A DNA stretch of 32,000 bases from Ostreococcus tauri (lineage: Eukaryota), in NCBI GenBank assembly GCA_000214015.2, contig CAID01000011.2:253719-285718 (forward strand), in the 5' to 3' direction. Under the pieces are notes generated by a model. It had not been told where the DNA came from and made no database searches. It saw only the letters and a list, made by a program, of their open reading frames with translations. Positions within the stretch are counted from its first letter, which is position 1, and the number at the start of each line of letters is the position of its first letter. The translations under genes and the position numbers were made by a program. This document shows, one piece after another, positions 1-8,452 of this stretch.

Positions 1-23
1 GTGATCCTCAGGATTCACAGAGT

Positions 24-1280
24 ATGAGCGACGGCGAGGGCGAGGGTGAGGCCCAGGGGAGCGGCGCCGGAGATGACTCCGACGAGGATGGCGACGGCGA
101 GGAGCAGAGTCAGGCGGGCGGCCAGGGAGGGGGTGGGGACGATGTGGACGGCGACGATAACGTGGACGATTTCGATGTTGGCGTCGATGCCGAGCAGGCG
201 GCGAAGGAACAAGCGAAGGAGCAAGCGAAGGAGAAGAATAAGGAAATGGTGCAGAAACTTATGGAGGATTTCAAGGAGCAGTGGGAGCCAGCGGTGGATA
301 AGCTCGACAAGGCGGCAAAAGCGTTTGAGGGTCTAAACTTGGACGATCTCGCGGACGGTCCCGAAGGATTCGATCTCACCCGCGGTCTGTGGCAGCAGAC
401 GGGATGGAAGGAGCTCGATTCGCTTCGTAAGAAGCTCCAAGATTTGCGCGAGTTGCGAGACATGGTGCGCAGTTTAGGACGAGGGAGCGGGCGCGGGCCT
501 CTTCGCCGAGCGCCGCGTCAGCGCGAGCGTCAGGGCTTTCCGATGGGCCTCGTGCGAAGCCCGATGGAGCCCGAGGAAACAGCGGGACTGTGTCGATCGG
601 ATGACATTTCGCGCATGATGCCAAGCGAGTTGACGCTCCTCGCATCCAGTTTGCCACAGGCGCGGCTGCTACACTTTGCTCGCCGTGCTGAGCACACGTT
701 GCTCTCGTACGAGCGCGTGGGGTGGTCAGAGGAACCAGCGATCACGATTGAGGGTTTTGAAACGCGTCCCGCCGCGGAGTGCGGACCGATCATCGTCTGT
801 CTCGACACCTCTGGCTCGATGATGGGCGCGCGTGAAACTGTCGCCAAGGCCATGGTGCTCGAGTGCATGCGTCAGAGTCGAGCGCAGCAGCGCGCGTGCT
901 TCTTGTACTCTTTTAGTGGACCCGGTGATTGCCAAGAGCTCGAGCTCAAGCTCAACGCCACCGGGCTGTACGGCCTCTTGGAGTTCCTCAGCGGTTCGTT
1001 CCACGGAGGCACCGACGTTGACGAGCCGTTCAATCGCGCCCTCTCTCGCTTAAACGAGGCCGAGTGGTCCAACGCCGACATCTTACTCGTCACCGACGGC
1101 GAGATCGCACCGCCGGACGAGAACTTGGTCGCCAATCTGAACGAAGCCAAGGAAGAGATGGGACTGAAGGTGCACGGATTGCTCGTCGGAGACGCCGGAG
1201 ACCCGGACGTAATGAAGTCCCTGTGCACGCACACGCACAAGTTCCAATCCTGGAGCGCCGTGGGCGGTAAACCGTCGTGA
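24..1280 (+). CDS. VWA-domain protein, ViaA/CoxE-like (5' end may lie outside the window)
   Basis: The reading frame stays open upstream of the ATG to nt 3. MIDAS-type motif IIVCLDTSGSMMG, then GGTDVDEPF and ADILLVTDGE, typical of VWA/CoxE-ViaA proteins. Acidic low-complexity N-terminus. Confidence 0.75.
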   Translation: MSDGEGEGEAQGSGAGDDSDEDGDGEEQSQAGGQGGGGDDVDGDDNVDDFDVGVDAEQAAKEQAKEQAKEKNKEMVQKLMEDFKEQWEPAVDKLDKAAKAFEGLNLDDLADGPEGFDLTRGLWQQTGWKELDSLRKKLQDLRELRDMVRSLGRGSGRGPLRRAPRQRERQGFPMGLVRSPMEPEETAGLCRSDDISRMMPSELTLLASSLPQARLLHFARRAEHTLLSYERVGWSEEPAITIEGFETRPAAECGPIIVCLDTSGSMMGARETVAKAMVLECMRQSRAQQRACFLYSFSGPGDCQELELKLNATGLYGLLEFLSGSFHGGTDVDEPFNRALSRLNEAEWSNADILLVTDGEIAPPDENLVANLNEAKEEMGLKVHGLLVGDAGDPDVMKSLCTHTHKFQSWSAVGGKPS

Positions 1281-1388
1281 TCGTACATCACTCCGCGCGT
1301 CACACGTACGCGTCTTAGCTCGTTGTAATCACGTTCGCCGAACCGACGCTCGCTCGCAATCATCCTCAGTGCGAGCCTCGGGTCCATC

Positions 1389-2996
1389 ATGCTCGCGCTC
1401 ACCCGCGCTCGCGCGCAGCGCACCGCTCCACCCGCCGCGTTCGTCGTTCAAGCCGAGCGCGCGCGGACGTTATCGCCGCTCACCGACGTCACGCCCGTGA
1501 ACATTGGAGACGATTCGCCCACGTGCGTCGCGTTGGACCAGAGCGAGCGCCGGTACCTGTTGATCGGGACGATCAGCGGTGGATGCGTCGTCGCGGACAC
1601 GGAGGCCAACGCCGAGGCGCCGGTAGTCGTGTGTCGAATCAGCGGTCGCGGCGCGCGGGTGCGCGCGGGAGAACGCGGCGATGGGAATCAAAGCGCGGCG
1701 AGCGGGACGGCGAGCGGGACGGCGAGCGAGGCGCCGGGACACGCGTACGCGACGTCGTGCGCGTCGTGGCTCCCGAGCGACACCGGAGGGTTTTATACGG
1801 GTGGTTTTGATCACGCGGTGAAATTTTGGGACGCGAACGCGGCCGAGGTGGCGAGCGAGATCGACGTCGGGGCGAAAGTCCGAGCGGTGGCGCCGAGCGG
1901 CGCGGCGGGGAGCGGCGCGCTGTGCGCGATCGGAAGCGACGATGACGTCGTTCGATTGTGGGATCCCGCGTCGAACGCGATCGCGCACACGCTGAGTGGG
2001 CACCGAGGGGGGGTGAGCGCGATCGATTGGTTGCGATCGAGCGAATACGCGCTCGCGACGGGCGGCGCGGAGGGCGACGTGCGAGTGTGGGACATTCGCA
2101 GGGCGGGAGCGTACATGATTTTAGATCGACACAACACGCAGCCGAGCGCGAGGGTGGACGCTATTAAGGATGCGATGTACGCCGGGGCGAGCGTGGTGGG
2201 TGGGACGCACGAAGCTGGGCCTAGGCCGGCGTCGAGGAAGATGGCGGATGCGGTTCCGGAACACTTGCGCGCCGACTCGGCCAGACGATGCTCAAGCTCA
2301 GGATGGGGGCGATCGAACGGCGCGAGCACGAGCGGAGGCGGTGGCGTAAATCGCAAGCGTGCCAGGAACGGGGGATGGGGTGGTTGGGGCGTCGGCTTTC
2401 GAGGGCGAGGTCGCGGCGATGACGACGAGCGTCGATCGTCACGCGTCTTCCCAGCGCGAGACGGATACTCCTCCGTTTCTGCTCCAGCGCACGACGGTCG
2501 AGTGAGCGCGGTGAAAGTGACGCCATGTGGTATGTTTCTCATCTCAACCGGCGCGGACGGAAGGATCCGTCGGTGGGATTTATCGAATGGATTGAACACG
2601 TACACGCCGTATGACGAATCCGGCCTCGCTCCGACATCCGTGGCGTGTCAGATCGCTATCACCGCCGACGGTGAGCGTCTCTTCGTGCCATGTACAGATG
2701 GACGCGTGCGATCGTACCGGACGCACACCGGCACCATGGATGCCGAGCTTCGAGCGCACATGGACGACGTCTTCGCGTGCGCGTACAAGGATGGCGGCGA
2801 CGCCGAGCTCTTCACGTGCGGAAAGGACGCCAACGTCCTCGTCTGGCGTCCGGCCAAGGGCTCAATCGACAACGTCGCTGTGGATGGCGACGATTGGAGC
2901 GACGATGACGACGTGATCGACCGAAGACTCCTTGATCCGTCCTCGACCCACCGCGGCGGTTTGGGATACCGCTCGATTCGGCGACCCGTCCGATGA
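1389..2996 (+). CDS. ERCC8: WD40 repeat protein, DNA excision repair ERCC8/CSA homolog
   Basis: Collinear by-eye match to human CSA: SWLPSDTGGFYTGGFDHAVKFWD; LSGHRGGVSAIDWLRSSEYALATGGAEGDVRVWDIRRAG..LDRHN; AHDGRVSAVKVTPCGMFLISTGADGRIRRWD; ELFTCGKDANVLVWRP; acidic DDWSDDDD tail. Contains an RGG/G-rich insert. Confidence 0.85.
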   Translation: MLALTRARAQRTAPPAAFVVQAERARTLSPLTDVTPVNIGDDSPTCVALDQSERRYLLIGTISGGCVVADTEANAEAPVVVCRISGRGARVRAGERGDGNQSAASGTASGTASEAPGHAYATSCASWLPSDTGGFYTGGFDHAVKFWDANAAEVASEIDVGAKVRAVAPSGAAGSGALCAIGSDDDVVRLWDPASNAIAHTLSGHRGGVSAIDWLRSSEYALATGGAEGDVRVWDIRRAGAYMILDRHNTQPSARVDAIKDAMYAGASVVGGTHEAGPRPASRKMADAVPEHLRADSARRCSSSGWGRSNGASTSGGGGVNRKRARNGGWGGWGVGFRGRGRGDDDERRSSRVFPARDGYSSVSAPAHDGRVSAVKVTPCGMFLISTGADGRIRRWDLSNGLNTYTPYDESGLAPTSVACQIAITADGERLFVPCTDGRVRSYRTHTGTMDAELRAHMDDVFACAYKDGGDAELFTCGKDANVLVWRPAKGSIDNVAVDGDDWSDDDDVIDRRLLDPSSTHRGGLGYRSIRRPVR

Positions 2997-3206
2997 CGAC
3001 GCCGACGCCTATCGACTCCGTTCGTCGCCATCGCCGACGTTCGTGTACAACACGCATAGAACGCGCATTCAAATAGATGTACAACATTTCACAGCGCCCC
3101 GCGACCCTCGACGATGAATGAAACTCTCCGCCTTCGCTCTCCGCTTTGAAGCTTTAGTGTTGCGCGCGGCAACCTCCACTCACTCACGCGACGCGACGAC
3201 CTCTCG

Positions 3207-3827
3207 ATGCCCGCCAAACGCCGCGCCAACGGCGCACGATCGCATCCGAGCGCGATCGACCGCGTGACGCGAACGACGGTGACCAAGACGCGCGCGAACG
3301 GAAAGCACAAAGATGGAAATTATGATTTACGGGCCAGGCTCAAGGCCGAGGGCAAAGAGAACGGAACGAAGATGCGGGCGTACGGTGGAGGCGCCGCGGA
3401 CTTGCGTGAGAAGTTAGGGAGTGATTTGCGACGGACGATCGAGGCTGGACGCGAACAGAAGTGGCCGCGGGGGCAAGTCGTCGGCGAGGAGGACGCGCGG
3501 ATGAGCGACGATTTACGACGGCGGTTGACGCATCGGAGCACGAGCGCGTCGAACGGGTCGAGAGAGGATCTACGATCGAAACTTATCGGTCGTGGGTCGA
3601 GAGGAGCGAGTAAGAGGCCCGTCGGGGGACGGCGCGGCGATGTGAACGTTTCGCGGTTGTTGCGTTCGCTCGATTTGGATCGATACGTCGACGCGTTCGC
3701 CAGGGAGGAGATCGATTACGACGCGCTGAAGCAGATGCGAGAGAAAGATTTTAACAAGTTAGGTGTGCCTTTTGGGCCGATGGTTAAGATCACTCGAGCG
3801 CTGATCGCGATGCGTGATCGACGGTGA
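3207..3827 (+). CDS. SAM-domain protein with basic N-terminal region carrying five DLRxxL motifs
   Basis: The C-terminal VSRLLRSLDLDRYVDAFAREEIDYDALKQMREKDFNKLGVPFGPMVKITRAL looks like a SAM domain. The N-terminus is R/K-rich with repeated DLR(A/E/R/S)(R/K)L. Confidence 0.65.
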   Translation: MPAKRRANGARSHPSAIDRVTRTTVTKTRANGKHKDGNYDLRARLKAEGKENGTKMRAYGGGAADLREKLGSDLRRTIEAGREQKWPRGQVVGEEDARMSDDLRRRLTHRSTSASNGSREDLRSKLIGRGSRGASKRPVGGRRGDVNVSRLLRSLDLDRYVDAFAREEIDYDALKQMREKDFNKLGVPFGPMVKITRALIAMRDRR

Positions 3828-3830
3828 GCG

Positions 3831-3878
3831 GCGGATCAAGACGCGGATCGAGACGCGGATCGAGACGCGGATCGAGAC
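3831..3878. repeat. 12-bp tandem repeat GCGGATCGAGAC, 4 copies
   Basis: Read directly: gcggatcaagac gcggatcgagac gcggatcgagac gcggatcgagac. It starts 3 nt after the stop of the SAM-domain gene. Confidence 0.85.
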
Positions 3879-3963
3879 GAGGACGAGAGAGAGCCCCAGA
3901 GTCACTTCACCGCGCGTGCGAGAGCAAACGTCGAGGTAGATCTTTGCAGATAGCCAAGGTAAC

Positions 3964-4719
3964 ATGTCAGACTCCTCCGCGGTCTGGAACAATGCCATGC
4001 GACTCGCAGAAGACCTCTCGTACGTGCCGCCGACGGCTCCGCTCCCGTCTTGGATCAAAGGCTTCCTAGTTACCGCCGTGCACTCGAACGACAACGCCAT
4101 CGTGGACGCCGCCATCGAAGCAGCTAACATACTGAATGATTTCTGGTTCAAAGTTGCGTACGACGCGCACCGCATCGACGGTGAGAAGCCGTACGATAGC
4201 GCGGAGTGTCTGTGGATACCGGGTTGCACGACGTGCGCGTTCGTCGCGCTCAAACCGGACGACAACGACGTGAATCTGTACATGTGCGTCAAGGCCATCG
4301 TCGAGGAGTGTAAAAAGGGCGCGGATTGGAAGCAGCCGACGCACGTCTCGAGAATCGTGCCCGTGGAGCAAGCGGCGAGCGAACTCGAGCTCGATTCTCT
4401 CGCCGCGCGCGTTCTCCCGGGACACTTCCCCGCGCGAGACGCCGACGCCGAACCGATCTCGTTCGAGGTGCACTACGAGGAACACAGTGCGCTTCGACAC
4501 TTCCAATCGGCCGACGTCAATCGTGTCGTCGCCGCACATGTTCCTCGTGTCGGCTACAGAGTCGATCTGAAAAAGCCGATGAAAACCATCATCGTCATCA
4601 ACGCTGGCGGCTCGATGATGATGTCGGTCGTCGAAAACTACGACGAATTGAACCACTTCAACATCCGAACGGCGGTGAACGAAAAGCTCGCGAACACCGT
4701 CCCTTCTGCCGTCGCGTAA
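3964..4719 (+). CDS. THUMP-domain protein (THUMPD1/Tan1-like)
   Basis: The layout resembles THUMPD1: GFLVT..., HVSRIVPVE, ISFEVHYEEHSALRHFQSADVNRVVAAHV, YRVDLKKPMKTIIVINAGGSMMMSVVENYDELNHFNIR. By-eye family assignment only. Confidence 0.6.
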   Translation: MSDSSAVWNNAMRLAEDLSYVPPTAPLPSWIKGFLVTAVHSNDNAIVDAAIEAANILNDFWFKVAYDAHRIDGEKPYDSAECLWIPGCTTCAFVALKPDDNDVNLYMCVKAIVEECKKGADWKQPTHVSRIVPVEQAASELELDSLAARVLPGHFPARDADAEPISFEVHYEEHSALRHFQSADVNRVVAAHVPRVGYRVDLKKPMKTIIVINAGGSMMMSVVENYDELNHFNIRTAVNEKLANTVPSAVA

Positions 4720-5104
4720 ACGGGATCTCGCGCGAAAACGCTGAATCGACGATTCGACCGACGATACGACGCAGACCGCCGTGGCATCGCGTCGCCGACC
4801 CACGCGCTTACTCTCGATCGTGTGATGCGATGCACTTTCACCGAAATTTCGCCCTTCCCCTCTCACCTCTCGCCTCTCGCACGCATAGCGTCGACGCGCC
4901 ACTAGTACTCCTTCACGTCAGCGCGAGCGCTTTGTACCCTAAAGTGGATAGCGCGAGAGTCCAAAGTGTCCTCAGATCGTCGCGCACACGCGTCGCTCGC
5001 TCGCTCGCGCGTCCGATCGTCACGCGCGCGACGATCGAAACCGTCGAACGCGCCCGTTCGAGCGTCCACGAGGTGATTACATCGTCGTCGACGACGGAAT
5101 AATC

Positions 5105-6616
5105 ATGGCTGGCGGCCCAACGCTCGCGAACGAGATCGCGCGCGCCATGCGCGATTCTCCGCTCTACGTCACGATTCCGGCGGTGATGATGACGATCATC
5201 CTCGCGATCTTTATTCTGGATCAACTCTCGCACGGTCCGTTGAAGGGACGGAGGAGTCCGCCGGTGATCTCCGTCGCGCCGGTGTGGGGCGGCATGGTCG
5301 CGTTCCTCGCGGGACCGATGCGGCTGATGCGAGAGGCGATGCCCAAGTACGGTGAGGTGTTCACCGTGCCGGTGTTCCACAAGCGGATCACGTTTTTGAT
5401 CGGGCCAAAGGTGAGCGAACACTTTTTTAAGGCGAAGGACACGGAGATGTCGCAGAAGGAGGTGTACGAGTTCAACGTCCCGACGTTCGGTAAGGGCGTG
5501 GTGTTCGATGTCGATCACACGACTCGCGCTGAACAGTTTAGGTTCTTCGCGGACAGCTTGAAGAGTAATCGGTTGCGGATGTACGTGGGGATGATGGTCA
5601 AGGAGGCGGAGGATTTCTTCGCCAAGTGGGGCGACGAGGGCGAGGTGAACCTGTTGGATGAGCTCTCAGAGCTCATCGTGCTCACCGCGTCGCGATGCTT
5701 ACTCGGACGGGAGATTCGTGAGACGCTTTACTCTGAGGTCACCGAACTTGTGCACGACTTGGATAAGGGTATGGTACCGTTGTCGGTGTTCTTCCCGTAC
5801 GCCCCGATCGAGGCGCACCGCAAGCGCGACAAGGCTCGCAAAAAGTTGGCTCAAATTTTCGACAAGGTCATTCAGGCTCGACGCGAGAGCGGCGCGAGCG
5901 AACCAGATGTTCTCCAGACGTTCATCGACGCTCGTTACAAGAATGGTTCCAAGCTCTCGAACGATCAAGTCCTCGGCATGTTGATTGCGGTGTTATTCGC
6001 GGGTCAGCACACATCTTCGATCACGTCCACGTGGACGGGTTTGCTCTCCATCGCTAACAAGGAGCGCGTCTTCCCGGCCCTGGAAGAAGAGCAGCGCAAA
6101 ATTATCAAGGCGCACGGCAACGAGCTCGACTTTGATATATTAGCGAAGATGGACGAGCTGCACTTTGCGGTGAAGGAGGCGCTCCGCATGCATCCGCCGC
6201 TCATCATGCTCTTGCGTTACGCCCAGTCGGCGTTCGAAGTGGAGACGACCGAGGGAAAGAAGTACACTGTACCGAAGGGACACATCGTCGCCACCTCTCC
6301 GGCGTTCGCCCACAGACTTGACAGCGTGTATAGCGAACCGGACACGTACAAGCCCGGACGCTTCCGCGAGCCGAACGCCGAGGACAAGGCGGCGTTCGCC
6401 TCCTTCATCGGCTTCGGCGGCGGTCGTCACGGTTGCATGGGTGAGACCTTCGCGTACATGCAAATCAAGACCATCTGGTCCATTCTCATCAGAAACTTTG
6501 AATTCGACATGGTGGGCGACCTTCCCGAGCCGGATTACGAAGGCATGGTCGTCGGACCCAAGCACGCGGGGTGCCGAATCAAGTACAAGCGCCGCGCCAA
6601 GCCGCTCGGCAAGTGA
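5105..6616 (+). CDS. CYP51: Cytochrome P450 sterol 14-alpha-demethylase
   Basis: Heme-binding FGGGRHGCMGETFA, CYP51-type I-helix AGQHTSSITSTW, N-terminal membrane anchor, about 500 aa. Confidence 0.95.
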   Translation: MAGGPTLANEIARAMRDSPLYVTIPAVMMTIILAIFILDQLSHGPLKGRRSPPVISVAPVWGGMVAFLAGPMRLMREAMPKYGEVFTVPVFHKRITFLIGPKVSEHFFKAKDTEMSQKEVYEFNVPTFGKGVVFDVDHTTRAEQFRFFADSLKSNRLRMYVGMMVKEAEDFFAKWGDEGEVNLLDELSELIVLTASRCLLGREIRETLYSEVTELVHDLDKGMVPLSVFFPYAPIEAHRKRDKARKKLAQIFDKVIQARRESGASEPDVLQTFIDARYKNGSKLSNDQVLGMLIAVLFAGQHTSSITSTWTGLLSIANKERVFPALEEEQRKIIKAHGNELDFDILAKMDELHFAVKEALRMHPPLIMLLRYAQSAFEVETTEGKKYTVPKGHIVATSPAFAHRLDSVYSEPDTYKPGRFREPNAEDKAAFASFIGFGGGRHGCMGETFAYMQIKTIWSILIRNFEFDMVGDLPEPDYEGMVVGPKHAGCRIKYKRRAKPLGK

Positions 6617-6764
6617 TCGATCTCATCGCGGAGGACCATCGAGTTGTAACGGCGGGCGGGCGACGCCTCCGTCATATATATCTTCAAACACATCCAACGC
6701 GCGCGTCCGCGTTTGTTCGCGTCACCGCGTCGACCCCGCGCGTCGCTCCACACCTCGCCTCGCC

Positions 6765-7769
6765 ATGCGTCGCGCCGCTCGCGTCGCCCGCGACGCCATC
6801 GCGCGCGTGCACCAAACGCACGCGTCCAAGGACGCATCGCGCGCCCTCGTCGGTGGATGCGCGCCCTCGAGCGCGTCGCTACGCGATGACGTTGGCTCGA
6901 GTCGCGACCTAGGTTCGATCGCCCGCGATCGCCAAAGACGCGGTTTCACCGCCAGCGCGTCGTCCCAAAAGACGCGCTCGGGGAGCAAACGCGCGACGAT
7001 GCCGATCACGGCGGAGGAGATGACGTACGACAAGATCGTGCGCGTGACGGACTCGAAACAACGGTTGGCGCCGAGGGACGGGACGTTTTACGGCGCGCCG
7101 CCAAAGACGTGGGCGGAACGCGAACTCGAAACCGTGGACGCGCGAGAGTTGGAGGCGCTGGACGCTCTGTTCGAGACGTACGTCGAGGGTGCGTACGTCG
7201 AGGGGAGTGGGTTACCGACGTACGAGGAGGCGTTGGCTGGGAGAGAGAATTTGAGAGAGCGCGCGGAGAGCGAGCGGGCGGCTTCGGCGAGCGACGAGGG
7301 CGAGACGGTGGATTCGGCGTCGGAAAGCGCGGATGAGGAGAAAGAGACGGCGCCGTTCGTTCGTGTGCCTATTCGAGACGCCGCGGGGCGGTCGTACGGG
7401 ACGGGGCGAAGGAAGACAGCGGTCGCTAGAGTGTGGCTCGCCCCCGGACCGGGCGAGCACAAGGTGAATGGACGACCCTACGATGAGTATTTCTCGTCGC
7501 CCACCGTTCGCGGCGAGATGGTCGCCCCATTCTTCGTGAGCGATACCGTTGGTTTATTCACCGCCGTCGTGGACGTTCGCGGGGGCGGGATTAGTGGCCA
7601 AGCACAGGCGTGTCGCCACGGCATATCCGTGGCGCTCCAAAACTACGACCCGGTGTTTCGACCGGCGCTCAAAGCCGCCGGGTACCTCACGCGCGATTCC
7701 AGGATCGTCGAACGCAAGAAACCTGGTAAGGCCAAGGCGCGTAAGTCATTCGCATGGGTCAAGAGATAG
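6765..7769 (+). CDS. Organellar (probably mitochondrial) ribosomal protein uS9
   Basis: C-terminal GTGRRKTAVARVWL...GGGISGQAQACRHGISVAL...LTRDSRIVERKKPGKAKARKSFAWVKR is the uS9 signature. The start is set to the first in-frame ATG after the CYP51 stop. Basic presequence-like N-terminus MRRAARVARDAIARV. Confidence 0.85.
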   Translation: MRRAARVARDAIARVHQTHASKDASRALVGGCAPSSASLRDDVGSSRDLGSIARDRQRRGFTASASSQKTRSGSKRATMPITAEEMTYDKIVRVTDSKQRLAPRDGTFYGAPPKTWAERELETVDARELEALDALFETYVEGAYVEGSGLPTYEEALAGRENLRERAESERAASASDEGETVDSASESADEEKETAPFVRVPIRDAAGRSYGTGRRKTAVARVWLAPGPGEHKVNGRPYDEYFSSPTVRGEMVAPFFVSDTVGLFTAVVDVRGGGISGQAQACRHGISVALQNYDPVFRPALKAAGYLTRDSRIVERKKPGKAKARKSFAWVKR

Positions 7770-7872
7770 TCTTTCGCGTCGTGTTATGAAACGTTTGGAT
7801 GAATAATCCGCTCGATGTCCCCACCCTAAGGTTTCTCCCCGCCACTGTGAACAGCACTCTTTCTCGCGCACG

Positions 7873-8343
7873 ATGTCTCGCGCCGTCGCCGCTCGATGCG
7901 CCCGCGCGCTCAGTGCGCTCACCGCGTCTTCATCAGCACCCGTGGCGATTGTCCAGACCGCGCGTGCGTCGACGCGAGACGCTTTCGCGTCGTCACGAGT
8001 GCTCTCGAGCTCGCTGCTGTTGATGAATTCACGCTCGTTCTCCGTCGTCTCGACGCCGCCGACGCATTCGGCGTACGGGGTCACCGATTCCGAGATCTTC
8101 GAAGTTCCGAGCGAGGCTTTGGAGCGAGCGTCCGACGCGAGCGCGGTGAAGAAGCCGACGAAGAGGAAGAATCACATCAAGCGCATGCTGGCGCGAGAGG
8201 CGTTTCGTCGAGAGAACGCGCGCGTGCACAAAGAGAACAAACGACGGGCGATCGCGGAACGGGATGTGAAGCGATTAGAGAAGTGGCGCTCGGCGGTGGC
8301 GCTGAAGAAGGAACTCGAGGAGAGCATGGGAACGCGTGATTAG
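7873..8343 (+). CDS. Hypothetical small protein with presequence-like N-terminus and basic coiled C-terminus
   Basis: 156-aa ORF in an otherwise empty 680-bp gap. N-terminus MSRAVAARCARALSALTASSS, K/R/E-rich tail. No family recognised. Confidence 0.45.
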   Translation: MSRAVAARCARALSALTASSSAPVAIVQTARASTRDAFASSRVLSSSLLLMNSRSFSVVSTPPTHSAYGVTDSEIFEVPSEALERASDASAVKKPTKRKNHIKRMLAREAFRRENARVHKENKRRAIAERDVKRLEKWRSAVALKKELEESMGTRD

Positions 8344-8452
8344 TCGTTTGTCGTGACAACGCGTGAGCGCGTGAATGTTTTTGCGTTTCGTTTACACCCT
8401 CGTACACTGATCGCGTGCGTTTATTCTTACAGAGTGACTTCGCGTGCCTCTT

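Noticed and set aside
6318-6764. Upstream extension of the uS9 ORF (the 483-aa version).
   Set aside because: It overlaps the last 300 nt of CYP51 in another frame and has no protein-like features.
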